From NCBI GenBank assembly GCA_041669845.1, contig JBAYAJ010000001.1:1-56025 (forward strand): a stretch of DNA of 56,025 nucleotides, written 5' to 3'. The notes under the pieces are model-generated. The model made no database searches, had not been told where the DNA came from, and worked only from the letters and a program-made list of their open reading frames with translations. The translations under genes and the position numbers were made by a program. The stretch's first letter is position 1, and each line of letters starts with the position of its first letter. This stretch comes from Treponema sp. (GTDB taxonomy: Bacteria; Spirochaetota; Spirochaetia; Treponematales; Treponemataceae). Positions 1-10,400 of the stretch are shown piece after piece.

Positions 1-239
1 ACTCGGAAGAAAAAACTGGCTGTTTTCAGGAAGTCCTGATGGCGCCCGTTCATCGTGCCTGCTGTATTCGCTGATTGAAAGCGCGAAGGAAAACGGACTG
101 AATCCGCAGGAGTATCTGCGCTGTGTATTTGAACGTGCTCCGTTCTGCTGTACTAAAGACGACTGGCAGAACCTCATGCCGTGGAATATTCAGCTTACTC
201 CCTTTATTGACCGTGGGGTGTGGATTAATTGACGCTTAC
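1..239 (+). mobile_element. IS66-family element, right end (TnpC C-terminus plus terminal IR); continues left of the window
   Basis: Frame 2 (2..232) reads LGRKNWLFSGSPDGARSSCLLYSLIESAKENGLNPQEYL...LMPWN, the typical IS66 TnpC tail. The stop is followed by ...GACGCTTAC, whose reverse complement GTAAGCGTC is an IS66-type end. Confidence 0.85.
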
Positions 240-1127
240 ATATATGAAGCATTATATTACAGTCTTCTTTCAAGGCTCGACAGAGAAGCAAAAAAATCAG
301 CAGAACAGAAGCTTTATGCAATGGACGCCACAACGATCGGGCTGTGCATGCACGATTTTCCCTGGGGCAAGATTCCGATCCACCAAGAGCGGAGTGAAGA
401 TACACGTGAAGTATGATGTCGGTGAATCAATCCCGGAATATCTTTTCGTCACAAATGCAGAAGAGCATGAGAACAGCACACTTGAAAAGATGGGACTGAA
501 GACCGGCGACATTGTTACATTCGACAAAGGCTACAATAATTACAGGCAGTTTGCCAAATTTTGCGAACAAGGTATCTATTTCGTTACGAGACTTAAAGAT
601 AATGCAGATTACAAGGTAGTTAAGAGACGTAAGACATACAGCAGATGCATAACATTGGACCAGATAATCAGATTCACTGGACTTGTTTCAGAAAAGAAAT
701 GTCCCTGCAAACTTAGAAGAATAGGCTCGGTCGATAAAAAAACGGGAAAGAGTATCGTGCTTCTCACAAATATGCGCAGCTGCAGTGCTGCAAAAATATC
801 TTCTATCTATAAGGCTATAAGGAAACGCTGGCAGATTGAACTGTTCTTCAAGACAATAAAGCAGAATCTGAAAATACAGCGTTTTTACGGAATATCTGAA
901 AACGCTGTGAAGACTCAGATATGGATTGCTATGATCGTATATCTGCTCTTCATGATGCTTCGCCGTTTGAGCGGCTGCGCGTCTAAGTGTGTTTTACACA
1001 CTTTATTTCAGAACAGTCTGTTGTGCTGTTTCAGCATTGCGGTCTGATGCGGTGTCTTGCCGGTGCTCCTCCCGATATCGTTTCGAATGAAATTATTGAT
1101 TCTGCTCAAATGGAGTTAGGCTTATGA
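240..1127 (+). pseudogene. IS4-family DDE transposase, 5' part cut off by IS66 and carrying two frameshifts
   Basis: Motifs AMDATTI, FDKGY, YFVTRLK and RWQIELFFKTIKQNLKI..F.G.SENAVKTQIW are split across frames. One shift lies at the G run ~364-367 (FPWG to ARFRSTK). A second lies near ~988 and leads to ...QMELGL* ending at 1127. Confidence 0.85.
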
Positions 1128-1177
1128 ACTTATCTTGAACACTAGTGAAAAGAATTCACTAGTGTTCAAGATAAGTT
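1127..1177. repeat. Perfect 23-bp inverted repeat; abutted IS4-type terminal IRs
   Basis: AACTTATCTTGAACACTAGTGAA-aagaa-TTCACTAGTGTTCAAGATAAGTT, directly after the IS4 transposase stop. Confidence 0.85.
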
Positions 1178-1348
1178 AGGTACTAATTAAAGTCTATAAT
1201 CCGTAATATTATCTGGCAATAAAGAAAAAAATAAGGCACTTCCGGCTATCGAGAGGGAAGAGTCATAAGATCAAGGTCGCCTAAATGAAAAAGAATGGCA
1301 TTATTGAAACGTTCCCGATTACGAAATCCACAGGCAATCTTTTTTATC

Positions 1349-1492
1349 GTAACCTTCAATTAATCCACACGCCGCGGTCAACGAAGGGTACAATCTGAAT
1401 ATTCCATGGCATGAGCCTCTGCCAGTCGTAGTCATTTGTACATAAAGGAGCACGTTCAAATACACAGCGCAGATACTCCTGCGGGTTCAGTC
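1349..1492 (-). mobile_element. Second IS66 right-end remnant (diverged copy, inverted)
   Basis: The minus strand encodes LNPQEYLRCVFERAPLCTNDYDWQRLMPWNIQIVPFVDRGVWIN*, closely similar to the copy at 1-232. End sequence GTAACCTTCAATTAATCCACAC versus GTAAGCGTCAATTAATCCACAC. Confidence 0.85.
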
Positions 1493-1580
1493 TGTTTTTG
1501 GATATTCGCCCATCGTATGAGCAGTCTGTCGCATATGGTATGAGCACCTTCCATTAGAATGAGAAGTGGTACGAAAGTAT
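1493..1580 (+). mobile_element. Probable IS21 left end with internal repeats
   Basis: IS66 similarity fades at about TGTTTTTGG (5'-TG terminus). Repeated GTATGAGCA / GTATGAGCA / GAATGAGAA units precede istA. Confidence 0.55.
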
Positions 1581-1609
1581 CAAATCTTATTCTAATGGAA
1601 GGTTGGTCA

Positions 1610-3181
1610 ATGGCCATACCGAATTACCGCGATATTCTATTGCTGCATTTCAATAAAATGAATGGCAAGAAAATCGCACAGACGTTGAAGTGTTCGAGAA
1701 ACACAGTCACAATAACCATCAGAAGAGCAGAAGAACAAAAACTGCCACTGCCTGTTGCTGACAGCATAAGCGATGAGGCGCTGCGCGGAATGCTTTTCCC
1801 GGGACGCGTATACAAGACTAAGTTTAACATCAGCTGTGATAACATCAGCAGCAGTCTTGCCGCCGATAAAAATCTTACACTGAAGATTCTCTGGGAAGAA
1901 GACTGTGAAGCAAAGCGTGCATCTAAACACAGCGTGCTTACATACTCGCAGTTTTGCCGCCACTATCAGTCATTTACAAAAAGTCACCCTGCTGTTTCCG
2001 GTGCTGTCATCAGGAAACCGGGAGAATCATGCGAAGTCGACTGGGCGGGAACAGTAATGTACTGGCAGGATGAATGGACCGGAGGAAAGCACAAAGCTTA
2101 TCTTTTTGTAAGCTGTCTTTCATTCAGCATATTCATATATGTCGAAGCATTCAGTTCAATGAATATGGCAAGCTGGCTTGCTGCTCATATCCGCATGTTC
2201 AAGGCATTCGGAGGTGTCACGCAATTCATCATATGCGACAATCTCAAAACCGGAGTCGTAAGCCATTCTCACGGCGAAACGAAATTCACGCAGGGTTATC
2301 TTGACCTTGCACGGTACTACGGAACCGTACTTTCAGCTGCCGGCGTGCGAAAACTTAAAATGAAACCTGACGTGGAGGACACGGTCGGAATAATTTCAAA
2401 CAACATCATTGCACGCTGCCGGAACATTCAGTTTTTCTCGCTGGAAGAAATCAACAGAAAAATCTTCGAGCTGACAGCACAGCTTAACGAAGCAGCTTTC
2501 GAAAAAAGAACGGGCAGCAGGAAAGAGTTGCTGGAGAAGGCCGAAGCTGCCGTCCTTCTGAGTCTTCCTGTCCGCCCGTATGAGATCGCGGAATGGTTTG
2601 ATAATCATACCGTCGCCTATAATTATCACGTAAAGATCGGCGAGTATCAATATTCGGTTCCGTTCCGGTACACAGGCATGAAGGTGAATATCAAACAGAC
2701 GCTGACAGCCGTAGAAATCTACTGCGGCAGCGAAAGAATTGCCTCTCATCCGCGAAACTACAGTAAATACATGCGTTACAGTACGTTACCTGAACACATG
2801 CCGAAGGAGCAGCAGGATGCTGCGCAGAAATGGAATGAAAAACGGTTCATCGCATGGGCTTCAGTTGCAGACCCATGCACTTCGCGGGCAATACGTTATA
2901 TCCTCACATCGAAGCCTGTGATTCAGCAGACATATTCATCATGCATGGCGGTTCTCAATCTTGAAAAGAAATACGGTCGTAATAACCTGGAAACCGCATG
3001 CGAAAAACTTTTTGAGAATTCACTGAACGCTTCATATACGAATATAAAAGGTATTCTCGAAGCTGCTGCAGAAAAAAGCAAAAAACAGTACTCACAGTCA
3101 GATAAAAATAAAACTGCAGAAAATACAGATGACGGTTTCATAAGCAGATATTCGGAACTTTCCGGAAAGGAGATGTTTTGA
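1610..3181 (+). CDS. istA: IS21-family transposase IstA
   Basis: N-terminal HTH (IAQTLKCSRNTV); DDE motifs EVDWAG, CDNLKTGV, KPDVE; YSVP motif. ATG 1610 follows GGAAGG (the ORF track starts at 1559). Confidence 0.9.
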   Translation: MAIPNYRDILLLHFNKMNGKKIAQTLKCSRNTVTITIRRAEEQKLPLPVADSISDEALRGMLFPGRVYKTKFNISCDNISSSLAADKNLTLKILWEEDCEAKRASKHSVLTYSQFCRHYQSFTKSHPAVSGAVIRKPGESCEVDWAGTVMYWQDEWTGGKHKAYLFVSCLSFSIFIYVEAFSSMNMASWLAAHIRMFKAFGGVTQFIICDNLKTGVVSHSHGETKFTQGYLDLARYYGTVLSAAGVRKLKMKPDVEDTVGIISNNIIARCRNIQFFSLEEINRKIFELTAQLNEAAFEKRTGSRKELLEKAEAAVLLSLPVRPYEIAEWFDNHTVAYNYHVKIGEYQYSVPFRYTGMKVNIKQTLTAVEIYCGSERIASHPRNYSKYMRYSTLPEHMPKEQQDAAQKWNEKRFIAWASVADPCTSRAIRYILTSKPVIQQTYSSCMAVLNLEKKYGRNNLETACEKLFENSLNASYTNIKGILEAAAEKSKKQYSQSDKNKTAENTDDGFISRYSELSGKEMF

Positions 3182-3576
3182 ATATGATCAACAGTGAGAC
3201 AGATCGCAAGCTCAGAGAAATGAATCTTTCACGGATGGCAAAGGAGTATGCACGGCAGAACGGCAATATAACAATGGACACCATTCCGTTTGAAGACCGC
3301 TTCAGGATGCTTGTCGATGAAGAATATAGCGGCAGAAAAGATGCAGGAATAAAACGTCTGATAAAAAAATCCGGCATTCTGCTGACAGATGCATGTCCTC
3401 AGAATCTGTACACGGGCGCAGAACGTCAGCTCGCATATATTGCTGTGCAGAATCTTTCAACATGTAATTTTATCAGAGAAAACAGAAATGTCATTATTAC
3501 CGGAAGCACAGGCAGCGGTAAAACATGGCTTGCATCATGTATCGGGGTAAACGCCTGCAGACAGGGAATACCCCTC
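3178..3576 (+). pseudogene. istB: IS21 helper ATPase IstB, truncated by IS3 insertion
   Basis: LREMNLSRM...FEDRFRMLVDEE and Walker A GSTGSGKT are present. The sequence switches to the IS3 IR right after ACRQGI, so Walker B and the C-terminal half are absent. Confidence 0.85.
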
Positions 3577-3618
3577 TGTGTCAATATAGATGTCGCCCAG
3601 TAGGAGGGGCAACAATCT

Positions 3619-4110
3619 ATGAAATACAGTAAAAGTTTTAGAAATTCAATTCTGAAAAAGGTACTGCCACCGTCAAACAGGAGCGTGTACTCAGTAGCAA
3701 AAGAAGCAGGGATTTCAGCGATAACAATCAACAGCTGGATGGCAAAGCTGAAAGACGGTAAACTTGAAATAGAACAGGACGAAGACAATCCGGCAGGAGA
3801 ACGGAGCATGAAAGAGAAACTTGATCTTCTGCTGGAATACCAGAACGTACCGGAAGAAAACAAAGGCGAATGGCTGAGGCAAAAAGGACTGCACAGCGAA
3901 CATCTGCCTCTGTTCCGACAGGAGATATCATCAATTATGACAGACAGAGCCGATGAAAAAGAAGGAAAAATAAAAGAACTTGAAAAACAGCTCAAAGCGA
4001 AAGACAGAGAACTTCAAAGAAAGAATGATGCGCTGGCAGAGACGGCAGCCATCTATGCATTAAAAAAAAAGCTCGACAGGAACCATGGGATTACGGACGG
4101 GGACGAATAA
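3619..4110 (+). CDS. IS3 OrfA (HTH plus coiled coil)
   Basis: HTH SVYSVAKEAGISAITINSW; heptad region KIKELEKQLKAKDRELQRK; ends near ALKKK over an A9G run; GGAGG RBS. Confidence 0.85.
   Translation: MKYSKSFRNSILKKVLPPSNRSVYSVAKEAGISAITINSWMAKLKDGKLEIEQDEDNPAGERSMKEKLDLLLEYQNVPEENKGEWLRQKGLHSEHLPLFRQEISSIMTDRADEKEGKIKELEKQLKAKDRELQRKNDALAETAAIYALKKKLDRNHGITDGDE
4062..4071 (+). promoter_or_regulatory. Programmed -1 ribosomal frameshift site (A9G) joining OrfA and OrfB
   Basis: AAAAAAAAAG; the -1 frame is open from 4062 into orfB. Confidence 0.75.
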
Positions 4111-5135
4111 TGAGCAGAGAGGACAAGCAGGAGATTCTCACTTTTGTGAATTTCTATGTTGTCCTCGGAATCGTACGGCTTGAAACACTGTGCAGATATA
4201 TCGGAGTATCTTCACGTACCATTCAGCGGTGGAATAAATCCGGTATAGATGACAGACGCAAAGGAGCAGAAAAGAAAGTACCGCGGGCATTCACAAAAGC
4301 CGAACGGGAATATATTTATAAAACCACATGCAGTGACGAATACAAAGACATGAATCCTCATGAGATATATAATTCATTGCTTGATAAAGGAATATATCTT
4401 GCAAGTGAAAGTACGTTTTACAGGATACTGCGGGAGCATAAAGCACTTGAGCACCGCAGTGAATGCCGTGGAGGAACGTCAAAGAAAAAACCCGACGAAC
4501 TTACGGCGACAGAAAAGAACAAAGTATGGATGTGGGACATAACATGGCTCAAGACTGACGTAAAGGGGATCTATCATTACGCGTATGTAATCGAAGACCT
4601 GTTCGACCGTTCAGTCGTTGGCTGGATGATATTTGAAAATGAATCGGATGAGCATGCAAAAGAATTGTTCAAAGCGGCGTGTGAAAAGGAACATGCCCAT
4701 CCTGATTTTGTACATTCTGATAACGGAGAACCGATGAAGGGAATTACACTTGTCGCTTTTTATTACACGCTCGGAATTGTTCCGAGTTTCTCACGTCCGA
4801 GAGTAAGTGACGACAACCCGTACATAGAATCATTCTTCAGGACGCTCAAATACAGGACGGAATATCCGAAGTTCTTCACAAGCCTTGATCATGCACGTAC
4901 GTGGTTCGCAGATTTCATCGACTGGTATAATAACAGGCATATGCACTCAGGCCTTCAGTACATAACACCGATGCAGAAACGTACCGGTGAATATATTTCG
5001 ATATTCAATAACAGAAATATAGTAATTCAGAATGCCCGTGCTGCTCATCCGGAACGGTGAGGAAAACGTGCTGCCCGTAAATATGAAATCCGGGTTGCCG
5101 AAGTATTGAATCCTGTGAAGAAGAATGTTGCATGA
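4110..5135 (+). pseudogene. IS3 OrfB integrase-like transposase with premature TGA at 5058
   Basis: DDE motifs WMWDIT, HSDNG, DNPYIESFFRTLK and WYN..H.HSGLQY.TP. HPER* is followed in frame by 24 more codons to TGA 5133-5135. Confidence 0.75.
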
Positions 5136-5170
5136 AATATATAAAAAAACACGTCAACTATATTGACACA

Positions 5171-5309
5171 TTCCGGAAACGATATAGGCGGCGTAAGGGA
5201 TTTGAACTCCTGAAGCTCATCATTGAAAACAAACCATTTATAAATGTTGTTTTGGTGGAAAAGGCTGCATGATCGAAACTTTTCTATCCACAACAATTGA
5301 CAATAACTC
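5171..5309 (+). mobile_element. IS256-family right-end remnant
   Basis: Reads RKRYRRRKGFELLKLIIENKPF...EKAA*, resembling IS256 transposase tails, then CCACAACAATTGACAATAACTC, resembling IS256 right IRs. Confidence 0.55.
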
Positions 5310-5334
5310 TAGGCTGTTTAAAACAGCCTATTTT
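5310..5334. terminator. Palindrome/hairpin at the IS-to-core boundary (possible terminator)
   Basis: TAGGCTGTTT-A-AAACAGCCTA followed by TTTT. Confidence 0.4.
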
Positions 5335-5379
5335 AAATTATAATGCGTTTGCCCTGTGAAACTTCTCTGAAAGACATCG

Positions 5380-5784
5380 TTATTTTATGCAACTATATAC
5401 TGCTGCTATTACTGCTGCAAAAATACATGTAGTAACAATGTATATCCATGCAGGAAGTGAATTGTCACTTTTTAATATAGATGTTTTTTTATTCATAGAT
5501 ATCTTGAATGCATGTTTTAGTTTTCTTTTTTTTGATAATGAAAAAAATTTTCTGTTGGTTTTACCATTACGAGCTGTATATGAAATAGTCTGTATGTTAT
5601 TCATAGCATAACCGCAATTTGGACACCCCTTATCAAACATCGAAGCAGGACCTGATGCGCCACACTGAGGACAACGGACAGATGAAAAAAAACGGCCGCA
5701 GTATTTACATATACGTGCATTCTCCGGAACTTCCATACCACAGTTTTCACAAAAAAATTTTGCATGTTGTTTTTTCGTTTTCAT
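5380..5784 (-). CDS. Double zinc-ribbon protein with C-terminal membrane anchor
   Basis: Four CxxC pairs (CENC, CKYC, CPQC, CPNC); hydrophobic C-terminus. Confidence 0.8.
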   Translation of the reverse strand: MKTKKQHAKFFCENCGMEVPENARICKYCGRFFSSVRCPQCGASGPASMFDKGCPNCGYAMNNIQTISYTARNGKTNRKFFSLSKKRKLKHAFKISMNKKTSILKSDNSLPAWIYIVTTCIFAAVIAAVYSCIK

Positions 5785-6440
5785 ATGGATATACCAAGTC
5801 TTAACATAATCATTTTTCCTGTACTCACTATATCAGCCGTACAGTATGAATAATTATTACCATTTCTAAACGATACTTCTTGTATATGATCACCAGCGGT
5901 TAATTTTTGTACAAGAAGCGGAATGTCAGGTTTGAATTCAATTTGATCATTTTTATATGAAATAACTGTACCTGTAATAAAAGCAGCTGTTTTTGGATGT
6001 GTAAAAATTAGATAATATATTTTTTTTTCTGGATTCATTACAGTTACTGCATTCTCTTCCTTCTTTGGGGACTGTTGCGTAATAATATTTAATAATGAAA
6101 CAAATTTTTCCATTCCTGATTTATCTATAGATGAGAATGTTCCTTTTATTCCAAGAGTAGAAGCCTTTTCTACTTCTGTTACAGGAAAAAAATCTGGTGT
6201 ATAAAGAATTATCTGTGGCACATTACCGCTTATGCCGCACTTAACGAACTGTGAAAATGTTTTCCAGTGTCTTGGGTAATCACAGGTACTAATAACAACA
6301 ATATCAGGACATATTTCTTCGACATTATCAAGAGCCTTAAGCAGCCAACGGTATATTATTGTGTCAAAACCATGAATAATAAGTGTATTATTAATTTTTT
6401 TAATAACTTCATCATCATCCGAAATAATAACAGCTTTCAT
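5781..6440 (-). CDS. Hypothetical protein with receiver-like N-terminal domain
   Basis: MKAVIISDD...PDIVVIS resembles a REC fold; ATGA overlaps with both neighbours. Confidence 0.7.
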   Translation of the reverse strand: MKAVIISDDDEVIKKINNTLIIHGFDTIIYRWLLKALDNVEEICPDIVVISTCDYPRHWKTFSQFVKCGISGNVPQIILYTPDFFPVTEVEKASTLGIKGTFSSIDKSGMEKFVSLLNIITQQSPKKEENAVTVMNPEKKIYYLIFTHPKTAAFITGTVISYKNDQIEFKPDIPLLVQKLTAGDHIQEVSFRNGNNYSYCTADIVSTGKMIMLRLGISI

Positions 6441-7411
6441 TCCGTCCCCAGATTAACAACAGTATAATCATAGATCTGCCAGATTCCATCACGCTGACGG
6501 ACTTTATATGTATAACTTTTCTTTTCATAGTATGTACGGTTATTGAACCATTCTGTAACAAGAACCGTACCTTCTGTTTGCGAATAGACTGTTTTTTCAA
6601 TCTGAAATTTTTCAGGTATAGCAACTATGTCACCGTCTATACGGGATTCCATAAGATCTGATTTATACGCTTCGATCATCTGCTGACGTTCATCCGCAGA
6701 AACGCTTCGAAATTTTCGTTTTGCTGAAGGAGTTCGTTCAATCATGGATTCGATATCCATATACAAAAAATACTGATCCCACAATGATTTTTGTCTTGCA
6801 ATAATAGTCTGTTCGACAACTTTGTCCGGAGAAATTTCTTCAGGTTTTAGAATTTCCGCTGTGTTTACTTTGATAGGAATTATTGAAGATGAAGCAACTG
6901 ATGGAGAAGGGCGTACTTCAAGAGTGAGACGATTAGATGTAATTTTAATATTTTTTGATTTATATAACTCAGGGTAGAAACTGAGTTCAATATAATAAAT
7001 TGATGGTTCACAGATATCAAGATAATCCTTGATGTTTTCAACGAATGAATATTCCTCTCCGGATTCAAGTGAAATTTCACGAAAATAAACAGTCTGATTT
7101 GTTGTACGTTTTCTTATGAGCGATTCAGTTTGTTCGAGTTGTGTATTTTTTATTGTGTATGCATTAAAATCTACACTAAACATACGATCGTCGGCAAGTT
7201 TAAAGCGTAACGTATCTGTCCCATTGTTTTTTATTGAGATATGAATAAAAACAGGATTGGTGTCGGTACTGTAGGGATAATACATTGTCTTGTCATAAAA
7301 CTTTATTGAGACTGACACAGTATTGTAAGAATCCGTATTTTCTGTTTGTGCATAAAAAGTCTGTCCAAACAATGCTAAAAATGCTATAATTAAAAAAATT
7401 TTTTGTTTCAA
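6437..7411 (-). CDS. Exported conserved hypothetical protein
   Basis: 324-aa ORF with TTG start after GGAG; signal-peptide-like N-terminus (KQKIFLIIAFLALFGQTFYA). Confidence 0.8.
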   Translation of the reverse strand: MKQKIFLIIAFLALFGQTFYAQTENTDSYNTVSVSIKFYDKTMYYPYSTDTNPVFIHISIKNNGTDTLRFKLADDRMFSVDFNAYTIKNTQLEQTESLIRKRTTNQTVYFREISLESGEEYSFVENIKDYLDICEPSIYYIELSFYPELYKSKNIKITSNRLTLEVRPSPSVASSSIIPIKVNTAEILKPEEISPDKVVEQTIIARQKSLWDQYFLYMDIESMIERTPSAKRKFRSVSADERQQMIEAYKSDLMESRIDGDIVAIPEKFQIEKTVYSQTEGTVLVTEWFNNRTYYEKKSYTYKVRQRDGIWQIYDYTVVNLGTE

Positions 7412-7484
7412 AGTCGTTCTCCAGCAAGGTATATAAAGGTATATATATGTTTAAAACAACACCTTTCTTTTATTATCGGACAAA

Positions 7485-10400
7485 TTGATGAATATATTAT
7501 CAGTAAATTCTATTAAAACATTTATTCGTACCTGGACGGACGTGAAAAATGGTATTGAAACACTTACAAACACTTCTTGTACATTTCCTGTAATTGTACG
7601 AGGTTTACAGGGATCTATGTACAGCTATTTTACCGCAGAATACTGCGAACAGGCAGCGCAGCGTGCTTTTTTATCATATCAATATAATACAGCAGGTAAT
7701 AAAAAGAAGCCTCAAGAAAAAAATCGTGCGTTCGATTCGCATGCATACGATACTTTAATTGTCGTTCCTGACGAATCTGAAGCAGACAGGCTTGCTTCAG
7801 ATTTAGCAACAATTTTTCCTGAAGCCGAAACAATTATTCTTCCATGGTGGGGAATGGTACCTTATCGACCAGCCGCTAAAGGATCTTCTGTTTTCGGTAC
7901 TCGTGCGGCAGCTCTTGCAAAACTTGCAGCTACTAATATAAATGGAACACTCAGAAAGAAACTTCGCATTTTTATTCTGACTCAGCGTGTATTTCAGTCT
8001 CCTTTACCACCTCCTGAACACATTCGCAGTCATACATTTAGTCTTGAAAAAGGGCAGCAGATTAACACTATAAAGACAGCTGAAAAACTAACGACTATTG
8101 GTTATATTCGTGTTCCCCGTGTTTCTGTTCGAGGTGAATTCAGCCTGCGTGGTGAAGTGCTTGATATTTTTTCACCAGGGAACGATTTTCCTGCGCGGAT
8201 TATTTTTGACTTTGATACTATTGAGAATATAAAATATTTTAATTCAGAAACTCAGAGTACGATAGGGTCCATTGATAATTTTCTTGTGGTACCTATGAAA
8301 GAAGTGATATGGGATACATCACTTACAGATTTTCTGCGAAAAAAATTGACGAGATATGAGTCAACATCTGTATCCGACGATGATGAAGCAAAAAATCTTG
8401 TTGATAGCGACGTACATTTGCCATTTACCAAGACGGCAAAAGAAAAACTTACTGAGATGCTTGTGGAACTTGAAACAGAGAAAGAAACGGAAGGTGAAGA
8501 ACTGTTTTATCCAATTCTTTGGGATAGAAAGTATTCTATTGCTGACTATGTAAGTCCCAAGTCAACGATTTTCTTTTTTGATTATGACCGCCTGATAAAT
8601 GCAGAAGAAAGTATTATGCGTGAATATGGTGGAATGTACCGACGTTCACGTATTGAACTTCCAGTACTACCGCCGTATGAAATGATAATGAAATTTCATA
8701 CGGCGGTAGGAGCCTTCTCAAAGTGTGTATTTTTTCGTACACTTTCACAACTTTCTGATACTAATGTTCAGAAAGTTGATTCTGGTACTACGTCAGATAT
8801 TGTTTTTGCGTGTGAACCAGCACGAAGTTTTTTTGGTAATATAAATTTTCTAAAAGATGAACTTGAAAAACTACAAAAAGATGACTGGAAAATTTTTATT
8901 TTTGCAAATGGGGAAAATCAGTCTTTTCGTATAAAACAGATATTAAAAGACTATACCGGTATAGAACAAACGGACGAAAATACCTCTTATAAATATTTGA
9001 ATCCTGTTACAGTTCTTCCAGAATCTGTTTCTGAAGGATTTTCAATTCCTGATATAAAACTTCTTATAATACAAGAGAACGAAATTTTTGGCAGACGGCG
9101 TTATGTTCCCAAATCTCTTCATAAAGTAAAAAGTGCGGCTATAGATACATTTATCGAACTTAATCCTGGTGATTATGTTGTTCATGTTGAATATGGTATT
9201 GGAGTTTTTAGAGGTATTGAACGTGTTAAAGCAGTTGGAAATGAACGCGACTATATCAAACTAGAATATGCCGATAGTGAATATGCGTTTGTTCCGATTG
9301 AACAAGTTAATATGGTTCAACGATATATTGGAAATGAGGGTGAATCACCAAAAATAGATCGCATCGGTAGTAAAAATTGGGAAAATAGAAAAAATAAAGT
9401 TCAGAAAGCTGTTGAAGACCTTGCACAGAAGCTAATTGACTTATATTCACGCAGGAAAGCATCCCCCGGATTTCCTTTCCCGAAGGATACTGAATGGCAG
9501 GCTTCTTTTGAAGCCTCTTTTCCCTACGAAGATACACCTGATCAGGCAACAGTCACAGAAGAAGTAAAACGAGATATGGAAAAACCTGTACCGATGGACC
9601 GGCTTGTGTGTGGTGATGTTGGTTATGGGAAAACAGAGATTGCCATGCGTGCTGCGTTCAAGGCTGTTATGGGGGGAAAGCAGGTCGCTTTTCTTGCACC
9701 AACTACAATTCTTGCAGAACAGCATTATGAAACATGTATTGAACGTTTTCGAAATTTTCCTGTGAAAATTGCACAGTTATCCCGTTTTGTAGCTCCTGCT
9801 GAACAAAGAAAAACATTGACAAAACTTATTACTGGAGATGTGGACATATTAATTGGTACGCATCGTATAATTCAAAAAGACGTAGTATTTAAAAATCTAG
9901 GGCTTATGATAATTGATGAGGAACAACGATTCGGTGTCAAGGATAAAGATAAACTAAAGGAAATGAAAGCTAATATAGATTGTCTTGCATTGTCTGCAAC
10001 TCCGATTCCCCGTACACTTCATATGAGTTTGCTGAAAATACGTGATATGAGTTTATTGACCACACCTCCTCAGAATCGGCAGTCTATCGAAACTGTGATT
10101 GAACCTTTTAATGATATTCGTATTGCAGAAGCTATCAGGCGTGAAGTAGAGCGGGGAGGACAAGTATTCTATTTGCATAATCGAGTTGAGTCGTTACCGG
10201 AGACTCGTAGAAAACTTGAAATGCTTCTTCCTGAAATGCTTATTGATGTGGCTCATGGTCAGATGACCAGTGAACAACTTGACGATATTTTCCGTCGTTT
10301 TAAAATGGGTGGTTTTCACGTGCTTGTTTCAACTACGATTATTGAAAACGGAATAGATATTCCAAATGTAAATACGATAATAATTGATCGTGCTGACATG

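Larger units (their letters stand above)
3577..5170 (+). mobile_element. IS3-family insertion sequence (ends approximate)
   Basis: Imperfect IRs TGTGTCAATATAGATGTCG (3577) and CGTCAACTATATTGACACA (ends 5170) flank orfA/orfB. Confidence 0.85.

Noticed and set aside
123-416. 97-aa ORF, and the N-terminus of ORF 229..1047
   Set aside because: Chimeric reading across the IS66 end and the frameshifted IS4 gene; not independent genes.
239-1349. Composite transposon bounded by two IS66 ends
   Set aside because: Both are right ends whose element bodies point away from the segment, and the copies are diverged.
5058-5060. In-frame TGA as possible Sec/Trp recoding
   Set aside because: TGA is a normal stop for many genes here and no SECIS is evident; a TGG-to-TGA mutation is simpler.
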